Notes under the pieces: generated by a model
What the model was told of the DNA's origin: nothing
Seen by the model: the letters and a program-made list of their open reading frames with translations, nothing else
Databases searched by the model: none
Shown here: positions 9,441 through 17,714 of the stretch, piece after piece
Layout of the letters: each line of letters starts with the position of its first letter
Numbering within the stretch: position 1 is the stretch's first letter
NCBI RefSeq assembly: GCF_002075285.3
Contig: NZ_CP021983.2
Coordinates: 1,110,001-1,142,000 of the forward strand
From: Halomicronema hongdechloris C2206
GTDB lineage: Bacteria; Cyanobacteriota; Cyanobacteriia; Phormidesmidales; Phormidesmidaceae
Direction of reading: 5' to 3'
DNA length: 32,000 bases
Program-made: the position numbers and the translations under genes

Positions 9441-9466
9441 GGATAGTATCCAGAGATAGTATCCAG
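9441..9466. promoter_or_regulatory. Candidate TetR operator: perfect tandem repeat GATAGTATCCAG x2, first copy embedded in the near-palindrome GGATAGTATCC
   Basis: Sequence ggatagtatccagagatagtatccag; units at 9442-9453 and 9455-9466. It ends 20 nt upstream of the TetR ATG at 9486. Confidence 0.35.
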
Positions 9467-9485
9467 TTCTTTACCCAGTCCGGCT

Positions 9486-10115
9486 ATGGTTCTTCATCCC
9501 ATGGGGCTCGCCCCAACCGAGATCGATACTCAAACCAAGATTTTGCAAGCGGCCCAACGACTATTTGCTAAGCATGGGTATGGGGGGACGACAACCCGAG
9601 ATCTGGCCCAAGCGGCTGGGGTGGCAGAGGGAACCCTGTTTCGTCACTTTGAAAGTAAGAAGGCCATTTTGGTAGAAGTTGCTAGCCAGGGCTGGGTGGA
9701 GTTGCTGACCGAACTATTGACGGAGCTCAGTGCCATGGCCAGCTATAAGGCCATTGGGCAGGTGATGCGACGGCGTATGCTGAACTTGTCTAAGAATACT
9801 GACATGATGCGAGTCTGCTTCATGGAGGCCCAATTCCACCCTGAACTCCGAGAGCAAATTCAGACAGATGTGGTGGCTAAGATGATCGATGTCGCCGAAG
9901 CCTTCTTTCAAACGGCGATGGAACACGGCATCTATCGCCCGATGAATCCACGGGTGGTTGCCCGTATCTTTCTAGGCATGTTCATGGTCGCTGGATTCAG
10001 TCAGGCTACCCTGGGAGACGAACAGATGACCCCTAAAACCATGCAGGAGTTAGCCGAGGGCTTAGCCGACATTTTTCTGAACGGGGTACTCCTAGCCAAA
10101 GAGGTTGCCTGCTGA
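9486..10115 (+). CDS. TetR/AcrR-family transcriptional regulator
   Basis: 209 aa; the N-terminal HTH TKILQAAQRLFAKHGYGGTTTRDLAQAAGVAEGTLFRHFESKKAIL is a TetR_N signature. Confidence 0.85.
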   Translation: MVLHPMGLAPTEIDTQTKILQAAQRLFAKHGYGGTTTRDLAQAAGVAEGTLFRHFESKKAILVEVASQGWVELLTELLTELSAMASYKAIGQVMRRRMLNLSKNTDMMRVCFMEAQFHPELREQIQTDVVAKMIDVAEAFFQTAMEHGIYRPMNPRVVARIFLGMFMVAGFSQATLGDEQMTPKTMQELAEGLADIFLNGVLLAKEVAC

Positions 10116-10116
10116 C

Positions 10117-10605
10117 TTATCGGCGGTTAGGCTTCAAACCGTTCAGATCGTTAGGATCTACATCGTAGGCAGCACCAAACCCCGTGACAAACCGGCCCTC
10201 ATAGGGAGTCAGCTGCACAAGCTGAAAGTCAGCTAGAGACTTTAGAGTGGCAATAATATCACCAAAACGCTGTTGAAACTGGTCGATTAACTGCTGCCAG
10301 CAGGCGCCATGACGGTCTACAAAGGTGGCTGTGCATCTGTAGGTCAGTTGCTTACGAGCAAAAATTTGGGAGCACTGGGCTTCGTCTTCAATCAGTAGAA
10401 TGGCAGCCCGTTGAGTCTCTGCTAAGTGACGAGTGTGACTAGCCAACCCACTGACAAAAATATAAAACTCCCGCTGAGGCCCCATGACAAAGGGAGCATA
10501 GCTGCCATGGGGCTGCCCCTCACCATCTACCGTACTCAGCAGCAGACTGCTGACCGTGGTGGGAAATTGTCGATATGCCGTCAATACTTGCTGGGATGGA
10601 GCCAT
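10117..10605 (-). CDS. Pyridoxamine-5'-phosphate-oxidase-like split-barrel protein (HugZ-like heme-binding/heme-utilisation family)
   Basis: 162 aa. Motifs: LLLSTVDGEGQPHGSYAPFV, FYIFVSGLASHTRHL, AAILLIEDE, and a C-terminal LVQLTPYEGRFVTGFGAAY. This pattern is typical of the PNPOx/HugZ family. Its stop lies 1 nt from the TetR stop (tail to tail). Confidence 0.65.
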   Translation of the reverse strand: MAPSQQVLTAYRQFPTTVSSLLLSTVDGEGQPHGSYAPFVMGPQREFYIFVSGLASHTRHLAETQRAAILLIEDEAQCSQIFARKQLTYRCTATFVDRHGACWQQLIDQFQQRFGDIIATLKSLADFQLVQLTPYEGRFVTGFGAAYDVDPNDLNGLKPNRR

Positions 10606-10748
10606 AGCACATCTTTAGCCACACTTACTCCAGGGTCAGGCACCTCGCTTCCTGCGGCTCTTAGTTGACCTGTCCAGAGCGTCACCCCCAACCAGATGCC
10701 TCAGACTTCGCTACATTGATTTTAAAGAAGTGTAACGAGTCCAATGCC

Positions 10749-11282
10749 ATGTCAGAGTCCTTGCATCAGCGTACCCTAGAAAGTCTACCTGCAAAAACCC
10801 AGCAGAAGCTGCAACGTGGTCAAGTGGTCCTACAAGGTAGCAGTGGCCAGTATCGGGTCTTGGTGCTGGCTCGGGCTGCCTATGATATTGCTTGGTCTGT
10901 GCTCACTGACTATGACAACTTTGATCGATTTTTACCGACAGTGGTTTCGAGTCGAGTGTTGGAGCAAGATGGGAATCGCAATATAGTCGAGCAGGTCGAT
11001 CGCCGTAAGATCATACTGCTGGGCAAGATGGAATCCACTGTCCGCACTGAGAACGTAGAACAAGACGGCCAGATCGACTTTCGCCTGTTGCAGGGGGATC
11101 TACAAACCATGGAAGGGTATTGGCGGTTAGATTCCCTGCCAGAGCAAGTGCTAGTCACCCAACAGGTAACGGCTGAAGCTGATCTGGGGCCCTTTAGAGG
11201 CATGTTTTACACTCTGTTTGCCGATAGTCTAGTGCACACCATGAGGGCCATCCGTCGGGAAATTGAACGACGCACACGATAG
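10749..11282 (+). CDS. SRPBCC (polyketide cyclase/dehydrase-like) ligand-binding protein
   Basis: 177 aa from ATG 10749 (the track's TTG at 10665 is less likely). AWSVLTDYDNFDRFLP....SRVLE......VEQ........ and GYWRL are typical of cyanobacterial Polyketide_cyc2/SRPBCC proteins. Confidence 0.65.
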   Translation: MSESLHQRTLESLPAKTQQKLQRGQVVLQGSSGQYRVLVLARAAYDIAWSVLTDYDNFDRFLPTVVSSRVLEQDGNRNIVEQVDRRKIILLGKMESTVRTENVEQDGQIDFRLLQGDLQTMEGYWRLDSLPEQVLVTQQVTAEADLGPFRGMFYTLFADSLVHTMRAIRREIERRTR

Positions 11283-11317
11283 ACTCAGGTGACTAGGATG
11301 AGGTCCTTTCCGTAAGA

Positions 11318-11349
11318 AAAGCTCTGGAGCTTAGAAGCTCCAGAGCTTT
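11318..11349. terminator. Bidirectional stem-loop between the convergent SRPBCC gene and psbA3
   Basis: aaagctctggagc-ttagaa-gctccagagcttt: a perfect 13-bp stem flanked by A-run/T-run, so it can act as an intrinsic terminator on either strand. Confidence 0.6.
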
Positions 11350-11409
11350 CACATATTCACAGGCACTCTAGCTGATATATCCGTTTTAGGACCGGGAGTC
11401 CTCCTTAAC

Positions 11410-12492
11410 CTAACCGTGGATAGCGGGTGCTTGATACGCCACAGGCGTAGCAGGCCCACTGGCCAGGTCTAAGGGAAAGTTATGGGCATTGCGCTCGTGC
11501 ATCACTTCAAAGCCTATGTTGGCCCGGTTGACGACATCAGCCCAACTTGGGAGTACTCGTCCCTGGGAATCCAATACCGAATGGTTAAAGTTAAACCCAT
11601 TCAGATTAAAGGCCATCGTACTGATACCGAGGGCTACAAACCAGATGCAGACAACTGGCCAAGCCGCCAAGAAGAAATGGAGCCAACGGGAATTATTGAA
11701 GCTGGCATACTGGAAAATTAGGCGGCCAAAGTAGCCATGGGCAGCAAGGATATTGTAAGTCTCTGATTCTTGCCCAAACTTGTAACCTGCATTTTGGGAT
11801 TCACTGTCAGTGGTTTCCCGAATTAGACTCGAGGTCACCAATGAGCCGTGCATAGCACAGAACAGAGAACCACCTAAAACCCCGGCAACTCCAAGCATGT
11901 GGAAGGGATGCATCAGGATATTATGCTCGGCCTGGAAGACGAACATAAAGTTAAAGGTGCCACTAATACCCATGGGCAGACCATCGGAAAAGCTACCCTG
12001 ACCAATGGGATAGATCAGGAATACAGAGGAGGTAGCGGCAACCGGAGCACTATAGGCTACGCAGATCCAAGGCCGCATGCCTAGGCGGTAGCTTAGCTCC
12101 CACTCGCGTCCCATATAACACAGCAAAGCTGGAATATAGTGGAAGGCGATCATCTGGTAGGGACCACCATTATAGAGCCACTCATCGAGAGTAGCGGCTT
12201 CCCACATAGGGTAAAAGTGCAGTCCAATAGCATTGGACGATGGCACAACGGCCCCAGTAATGATATTGTTGCCGTACAGTAAAGAACCCGATAGGGGTTC
12301 GCGCAGTCCATCAATATCTACGGGCGGGGCTGCGATGAAGGCAGTGACAAAGACAGCCGTAGAGACTCCCAAGAGGGGAATCATCAACACGCCAAACCAA
12401 CCTACATACAGGCGGTTCTCGGTGCTGGTTACCCATGCACAGAACCTCTCCCATAAATCGATGGTACCTGGGCGTTGGAGAGTAGTAGTCAT
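11410..12492 (-). CDS. psbA3: Photosystem II D1 protein, far-red (FaRLiP) paralog
   Basis: 360 aa from ATG 12492 ([34 protein letters not shown]); the track's upstream extension is not D1-like. It retains YZ (LIYPIGQG), D170 (SFSDG), E189/H190 (QAEHN), H198, H215 and H272. It also retains the C-terminal Mn ligands [14 protein letters not shown], plus a 16-aa processing extension. Position in the cluster and substitutions such as FHF->FHY mark it as the FR paralog. Confidence 0.9.
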   Translation of the reverse strand: MTTTLQRPGTIDLWERFCAWVTSTENRLYVGWFGVLMIPLLGVSTAVFVTAFIAAPPVDIDGLREPLSGSLLYGNNIITGAVVPSSNAIGLHFYPMWEAATLDEWLYNGGPYQMIAFHYIPALLCYMGREWELSYRLGMRPWICVAYSAPVAATSSVFLIYPIGQGSFSDGLPMGISGTFNFMFVFQAEHNILMHPFHMLGVAGVLGGSLFCAMHGSLVTSSLIRETTDSESQNAGYKFGQESETYNILAAHGYFGRLIFQYASFNNSRWLHFFLAAWPVVCIWFVALGISTMAFNLNGFNFNHSVLDSQGRVLPSWADVVNRANIGFEVMHERNAHNFPLDLASGPATPVAYQAPAIHG

Positions 12493-12612
12493 AGTCGAAT
12501 CAAAAACTCTACCTGGTACTGTCCCTATTGGAGCAAAAGAATATGAAAATCTTAGGAATCCAGGGAATTTTGCCGTCAATCGGCATTGACAAGACGCTGC
12601 AGAACCCTGAAT

Positions 12613-12759
12613 TTACTCTCGATCAGCGGGATAGGTTCTATAACCGTAGATAATGAAGGCGATACATGCCAGGGCAAATATCGTCACCCCCAAAAACACA
12701 CCGCTCGCTGTCGACCCAAATTGAGCTTCTCCATAAGCAAGGTAGAGTTGTGGTGCCAT
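12613..12759 (-). CDS. Unannotated 48-codon single-transmembrane-helix ORF between psbH2 and psbA3
   Basis: Hand translation: MAPQLYLAYGEAQFGSTASGVFLGVTIFALACIAFIIYGYRTYPADRE*. GAGG lies 7 nt upstream of the ATG. It is on the same strand as, and inside, the psbH2-psbA3 gap. One clear hydrophobic helix. Not assignable to a named Psb/Psa/Pet subunit. Confidence 0.45.
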   Translation of the reverse strand: MAPQLYLAYGEAQFGSTASGVFLGVTIFALACIAFIIYGYRTYPADRE

Positions 12760-12834
12760 AACATTACCTCATCCATAACTGACATTGAAAATGACTGGAG
12801 CTTTAGCATCTTGACTCCGGTGGATTCTAGCGTT

Positions 12835-13056
12835 TTAGAATCCTGATTCCGGTAGGTTCATGTTGACTCCATCCAGCAAAATGCTACCGTTGTACAGCTG
12901 CAAAATGATAAGCAGGAAGAGGAACAACATCACCATCATGAAACCCATGAAAGGTGTAGTTCCCCAACCTGGAGCTACTCGTCCGGCTTCAGAGTTCAAT
13001 CGTCTCAGAATATACTGAATCGGAGCGACTTTCTTGGAAACATATCTCTGTTGCAT
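12835..13056 (-). CDS. psbH2: Photosystem II reaction-centre protein H, far-red paralog
   Basis: 73 aa; [22 protein letters not shown]...[19 protein letters not shown] matches the PsbH core ([16 protein letters not shown]...LIILEIYNS..LDG). Confidence 0.9.
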   Translation of the reverse strand: MQQRYVSKKVAPIQYILRRLNSEAGRVAPGWGTTPFMGFMMVMLFLFLLIILQLYNGSILLDGVNMNLPESGF

Positions 13057-13206
13057 GGTTCGGGCTTAGTATCGTTAGCAATCTACAGCGTCTTCCCCCG
13101 TTCAATCTAGCGATTGATAAAAGGGTATATGTATCACCCAGCGTCATGTCTGATTCTAGTAGATTGGGACGTCAGTTCAGCTACTAGTCATGATCTGGGA
13201 ACAAGG

Positions 13207-13288
13207 GGGGTAACGGTTAGTTACCCCTATGCGGTACTCAGGTTTATCTTCTGGCAGCTATCCCGGGAAAGGTAGTTCTTTCCCGGGA
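13207..13288 (-). other. Two consecutive stem-loops downstream of psbB2 (possible RNA processing/stability or attenuating elements)
   Basis: 13261-13288: tcccgggaaag-gtagtt-ctttcccggga (11-bp stem). 13207-13227: ggggtaac-ggtta-gttacccc (8-bp stem). Neither has a U-tract on the transcribed (minus) strand. Confidence 0.4.
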
Positions 13289-13294
13289 ATGTTG

Positions 13295-14833
13295 TCAGAT
13301 AGAGGTTGTCGGTTCGCCGCGACTAGTTGGATCACCTACCTTCTGGAAGTAGCCCCACTCGATCTGTTCCACATCTAGCCTAGGATCGATGCCAGAGAAG
13401 ACATCTTGGAAGAGGGCGCGCAGACCATGCCAAATATGGCCAAAGAACCAGACTAGGGCGAAGCAAACGTGGAAGAAGGCAAAGAAGCCGCGATTACTGG
13501 TCCTAAAGGTACCATCCGAGTCGTAAACCGTGCGATCAAAGTCAAAGGGCTCACCCAATTGAGCTTTGCGGGCATATTGCCTAACCTTTTCTAGATCAGT
13601 AAAGGTTTGGCCATCTAGGTCTCCTCCAAAGAAACTGACAGTTACCCCCATTTGCGCCAGGCTGTACTTAGCCTCGGTACGGCGGAAGGGAATGTCTGCT
13701 CTGACAATGCCATCTCGATCTGTCAGGAGAACAGGGAAGTTTTCGAAGAAGTTTGGCATGCGTCGCACTGACAATTCCCGCCCCTCTTTGTCCTTGAAGA
13801 CAGGGTGGCCAAGCCAACGGGTCGGTAAGCCGTCTCCGTCTACCATACGCCCTACTCGGAACAGGCCACCCTTAGCAGGGCTGTTGCCGACATAGTCATA
13901 AAAAGCAAGCTTTGCAGGGATGGATGACCAGGCTTGTGAGCGACTCTTGCCTTCATCAATCGCCGTTTCCACCCGGCGGTTGATTTCTGTCTGGAAATAG
14001 CCTTGATCCCACTGATAGCGGGTTGGTCCCCACAGTTCGATGGGGGTGGTGGCAGTGCCGTACCACATGGTGCCGGCGGCAATGAACCCAGCGCCAAAGA
14101 AGACGGCTAGGCTGCTAGCTAACACAGACTCGATGTTGCCCATGCGCAGCCCGCGATAGAGGTATTCGGGCGGGCGCACGGAAATGTGGAACAGTCCTCC
14201 GATGATGGCGACGATGCCCAAAGCAATGTGATGGGCCACAACCCCCCCTGGATTTTGAGGGTTAAAGCCAGCTGGCCCCCAGTCGGGGGCAACCCCCTGA
14301 ACATGGCCGGTCAAGCCAAAGGGGTCAGAGACCCACATACCGGGTCCAAAGATACCGGTCTGATGGAAAGCCCCAAAACCAAAGCAAATTAGACCGGCCA
14401 GTAACAAGTGGATGCCAAAGACTTTGGGCAGATCGAGCACGGGTTCGTCGGTTTTGGGATCGAAGAAGGTGGCAACGTCCCAATAAACCCAGTGCCAACA
14501 GGCGGCTAAGAACTCTAGCCCAGAGAAGATGATATGGGCAATGGCTACGGTTTCAAAGGTCCAAAACCCAGGGTCGCTAAAGCTTTCCCCAGTGATGCTC
14601 CACCCCTGCCAAGAGTTGGTCACTCCCAGACGAGCCACAAAGGGCATCAGGAAGCAGCCCTGTCGCCACATGGGGTTGAGCACCGGATCGGTCGGATCGT
14701 ACAGAGCTAGCTCATATAGCAGCATTGATCCTGCAAACCCTGCACAGAGGGCATTATGCATGAGATGTACTGATAAGAGTCGCCCTGGGTCGTTGAGAAC
14801 CACAGTGTGGACGCGATACCAAGGGAGTCCCAT
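13295..14833 (-). CDS. psbB2: Photosystem II CP47, far-red paralog
   Basis: 512 aa, [43 protein letters not shown]...; full-length CP47 pattern. AAGGAGA lies upstream of the ATG. Confidence 0.95.
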   Translation of the reverse strand: MGLPWYRVHTVVLNDPGRLLSVHLMHNALCAGFAGSMLLYELALYDPTDPVLNPMWRQGCFLMPFVARLGVTNSWQGWSITGESFSDPGFWTFETVAIAHIIFSGLEFLAACWHWVYWDVATFFDPKTDEPVLDLPKVFGIHLLLAGLICFGFGAFHQTGIFGPGMWVSDPFGLTGHVQGVAPDWGPAGFNPQNPGGVVAHHIALGIVAIIGGLFHISVRPPEYLYRGLRMGNIESVLASSLAVFFGAGFIAAGTMWYGTATTPIELWGPTRYQWDQGYFQTEINRRVETAIDEGKSRSQAWSSIPAKLAFYDYVGNSPAKGGLFRVGRMVDGDGLPTRWLGHPVFKDKEGRELSVRRMPNFFENFPVLLTDRDGIVRADIPFRRTEAKYSLAQMGVTVSFFGGDLDGQTFTDLEKVRQYARKAQLGEPFDFDRTVYDSDGTFRTSNRGFFAFFHVCFALVWFFGHIWHGLRALFQDVFSGIDPRLDVEQIEWGYFQKVGDPTSRGEPTTSI

Positions 14834-14938
14834 TGAGTTGTTCTCCTTGTTGCTTGAATGCTGATTTAAACAGTTGACTTCTGAACAAGTGCAGGAGAGG
14901 TGACTTAGAAGGAGGGTCGACCTACCTGCGATCGCAGC

Positions 14939-16408
14939 CTATGTCGACCGTTCACTAGGATCGATAGGCGGCATTGAGAGCACTGGCTCGTTTTCGCGAT
15001 CAAGACCGGTTACAAACCCTGCAGCGGTTGCCCGGGCCAACCCGGCATGCCACAAGTGCCCGACCAGAAAGAAAAAGGCCAGAATAAAGTGGGCTGACGC
15101 CAACCAAGTACGCGGTGATACATAATTAAACGAGTTGACTTCTGTGGCCAGCCCTGCCACTGAGTTAATCGAGCCCAGGGGCGCATGGGTCATATATTCA
15201 GCAGAGCGACGCACTTGCCAAGGCTGAATATCATTCCTGATTTTTTCCAAGTCTAGCCCGTTTGTCCCCCGCAACGGCTCTAACCAGGGGGCTTTAGCAT
15301 CCCAAAAGCGCATGGTTTCACCGCCAAAGATAATTTCCCCCGTCGGCGAACGCTGCAGATATTTACCTAGGCCAGTGGGACCCTGGGCTGAGGCCACATC
15401 TGCCCCTAGACTTTGGTCGCGCACCAAGAAGACAAACGATTGGGCTTGGGAGGCTTCAGGAATGGTAGGCCCATAAAACACACTGGGATAGACTGTGTTG
15501 TTAAACCAGATAAATGCCGTTGCGATAAAGGCTTGCCCAGAAATATTACCTAGGCTTTGGGCTAGATAGGTTTCTCCACTCCAGGGATAGAGGTTATAGG
15601 TCCAACGTAGCGGGGGCACCAAGATATGCCAGAGACCACCGATGACCAATAGGGAACCTATCCAAATATGTCCCCCGACGACATCTTCCAGGTTGTCAAC
15701 ACTGACAAGCCAACCGCCACCGCCGAGGGGATTCTTGAAGAGATATCCGAAAATGACTCGCGGATCCAGGGTGGGATTGGTAATCAAGCGAACATCGCCG
15801 CCTCCCGGAGCCCAGGGATCATATAGCCCACCCCAGAACATTGCCTTGCCGACAAATAGTAGGGCAAATAGGCCTAACACTAAAATGTGAAATCCCAGAA
15901 TTTGGGCCACTTTAGCCCGATCACCCCAGTCAAAATCAAAGAAGCCAGAGAGTTTTTCAGGACCTCGCAAGGCATGGTAAACGCCGCCAAAGCCTAACAC
16001 TGCTGAGCCAATCAGGTGAGCCACCCCAATGGCAAAGAAGGGGAAAATATCCGTAACTTCCCCGCCATAGCCCACGCCAAACCCTTGGGTGGCAACATGG
16101 GCCATGAGAATACAGCCCTGTTCATACATACTCCGGGTTGGTTCGTAGTGGGCAACCTCAAACAGCAGCATCCCCCCGGCCCAAAAAGCAATCAGGGCGG
16201 CATGGGCAATGTGGGCCCCTAAAAAGCGGCCTGAGAGTTCTGTGGTAATTAGTCGGGCATTACCCGCCCACCAGGCATAACCACTGGATTCCTCATCGTA
16301 GCCTGCCTTAGGCGGCGTCATCCGGTCTTTTTCGTCGACTACCGGAGTTAATGTATTGAGGGAAATATTGTCTAATGCAGAAGCAGTTGGTTCTATGGGG
16401 GTCTCCAC
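14939..16408 (-). CDS. psbC2: Photosystem II CP43, far-red paralog
   Basis: The CP43 core begins at ...[38 protein letters not shown]. Preferred start is GTG at 16408, 9 nt after AAGGAGG (complement of 16418-16424), giving 489 aa. Alternatives are TTG 16450 (track) and ATG 16321. Confidence 0.88.
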   Translation of the reverse strand: METPIEPTASALDNISLNTLTPVVDEKDRMTPPKAGYDEESSGYAWWAGNARLITTELSGRFLGAHIAHAALIAFWAGGMLLFEVAHYEPTRSMYEQGCILMAHVATQGFGVGYGGEVTDIFPFFAIGVAHLIGSAVLGFGGVYHALRGPEKLSGFFDFDWGDRAKVAQILGFHILVLGLFALLFVGKAMFWGGLYDPWAPGGGDVRLITNPTLDPRVIFGYLFKNPLGGGGWLVSVDNLEDVVGGHIWIGSLLVIGGLWHILVPPLRWTYNLYPWSGETYLAQSLGNISGQAFIATAFIWFNNTVYPSVFYGPTIPEASQAQSFVFLVRDQSLGADVASAQGPTGLGKYLQRSPTGEIIFGGETMRFWDAKAPWLEPLRGTNGLDLEKIRNDIQPWQVRRSAEYMTHAPLGSINSVAGLATEVNSFNYVSPRTWLASAHFILAFFFLVGHLWHAGLARATAAGFVTGLDRENEPVLSMPPIDPSERST

Positions 16409-16557
16409 AGGATTCAACCTCCTTAACAAAGATTCAGTCTTCGACACCAATAGGTGGCCGCCTCAACTCAGCCATTCACAATTGGCAGAAAGCTCTGCCC
16501 TAAGGCATAGTACTTCATCAAGTGACGGCCACCTATTCAATGGAAAGGGCAAGGAGC

Positions 16558-17616
16558 TTATTCTCCAAAACCTCTAGGAAGCACCTCTTCCGGGAAGACA
16601 AACTTCTTCGCCGGCTGATCAAGTTCTGCCATCCAGGCACGCAACCCTTCATTCAGCAAGATGTTCTTGGTGTAAAAGGTTTCGAACTCTGGATCTTCGG
16701 CAGCACGGATCTCCTGACTGACGAAGTCATAGGCCCTTAGATTGAAGGACAAACCAATCATGCCAATGGCACTCATCCATAAGCCCGTCACAGGGACAAA
16801 CAGCATGAAGAAGTGCAACCACCGCTTATTCGAAAAGGCTATGCCAAAAATTTGAGACCAGAACCGATTAGCCGTCACCATAGAGTAGGTTTCTTCGGCT
16901 TGAGTGGTAGAGAACCCCTTGAAGGTATTCTTACTCTCGGTGTCTCTAAATAGGGTATTCTGCACCGTCGCTCCATGGATAGCACAGAGCAAGGCGGCTC
17001 CCAAAACCCCAGTAACTCCCATCATGTGGAAGGGATTAAGAGTATAGTTGTGAAAACCTTGGAAAAACAAGAGGAATCGGAAGATACCAGCCACGCCGAA
17101 ACTAGGCGCAAAGAACCAGTTCGACTGCCCTAGAGGATAGATGAGAAAGACTGAAACGTAGACCGCAATCGGAGCCGAAAATGCGATCGCATTATAAGGC
17201 CGTACGCCAACCAGTCGAGCAATCTCAATTTGTCGGAGCATGAAGCCCATCAACCCGAGTACGCCATGGAAGGCAGTGAAATTCCAAAGTCCACCAATTT
17301 GACACCAGCGAACAAAATCCCAATTGGCCTCAGGTCCCCACAAGAGTAGAAGGGAATGCCCCATACTTTCAGCCGGACTGGATACGGCCACAGTTAGAAA
17401 GTTGCAGCCTTCCAGATAAGACGACACTAGTCCATGGGTATACCAGGACGTCACAAAAGTGGTGCCTGTAAACCAGGCTCCAATGGATAGATAGGCACAG
17501 GGAAACAACAAAAGCCCTGACCATCCAATAAATACAAATCGATCGCGTTTGAGCCAGTCATCAAGGACTGAAACCCAGTTTTGGGTTGTCTTTAACCCTC
17601 CGATCGTAGTAGTCAT
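16558..17616 (-). CDS. psbD3: Photosystem II D2, far-red paralog
   Basis: 352 aa; ...[34 protein letters not shown]... and a full D2 pattern through the C-terminal ...FPEEVLPRG. Confidence 0.95.
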   Translation of the reverse strand: MTTTIGGLKTTQNWVSVLDDWLKRDRFVFIGWSGLLLFPCAYLSIGAWFTGTTFVTSWYTHGLVSSYLEGCNFLTVAVSSPAESMGHSLLLLWGPEANWDFVRWCQIGGLWNFTAFHGVLGLMGFMLRQIEIARLVGVRPYNAIAFSAPIAVYVSVFLIYPLGQSNWFFAPSFGVAGIFRFLLFFQGFHNYTLNPFHMMGVTGVLGAALLCAIHGATVQNTLFRDTESKNTFKGFSTTQAEETYSMVTANRFWSQIFGIAFSNKRWLHFFMLFVPVTGLWMSAIGMIGLSFNLRAYDFVSQEIRAAEDPEFETFYTKNILLNEGLRAWMAELDQPAKKFVFPEEVLPRGFGE

Positions 17617-17714
17617 GGTACTTTCCTCTGCGTACGAAATCGACTTAAAGAAGTTGAGATTATGAATTGCTGAGGTAGGTCGAAGTTTGGCAAATCATGA
17701 GTTTAAATCTCCAT

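Noticed and set aside
12493-12579. Track-supplied N-terminal extensions produced by alternative or upstream starts: psbA3 to 12579, apcD3 to 18275, psbV to 24467, psaA2 from 26327, psaI2 from 31726, kinase from 2584, ureD from 7922, SRPBCC from 10665.
   Set aside because: In each case the family-conserved N-terminus begins at an internal ATG, often with a good SD, and the extra residues have no counterpart in the family. Coordinates were trimmed accordingly. psbC2 remains ambiguous.
11482-12589. Plus-strand track ORFs (11482-11721, 11489-11734, 11810-12001, 11899-12084, 12233-12589) opposite psbA3.
   Set aside because: They lie entirely antisense to a strongly supported D1 gene, and their translations are low-complexity with no family features. 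They are shadow ORFs.
12586-12846. 86-aa plus-strand ORF in the psbH2-psbA3 gap.
   Set aside because: It is antisense to the operon direction and overlaps both the 48-codon minus-strand ORF (which has an SD and a clean TM helix) and the psbH2 3' end. The translation ([15 protein letters not shown]…) has no recognisable features.
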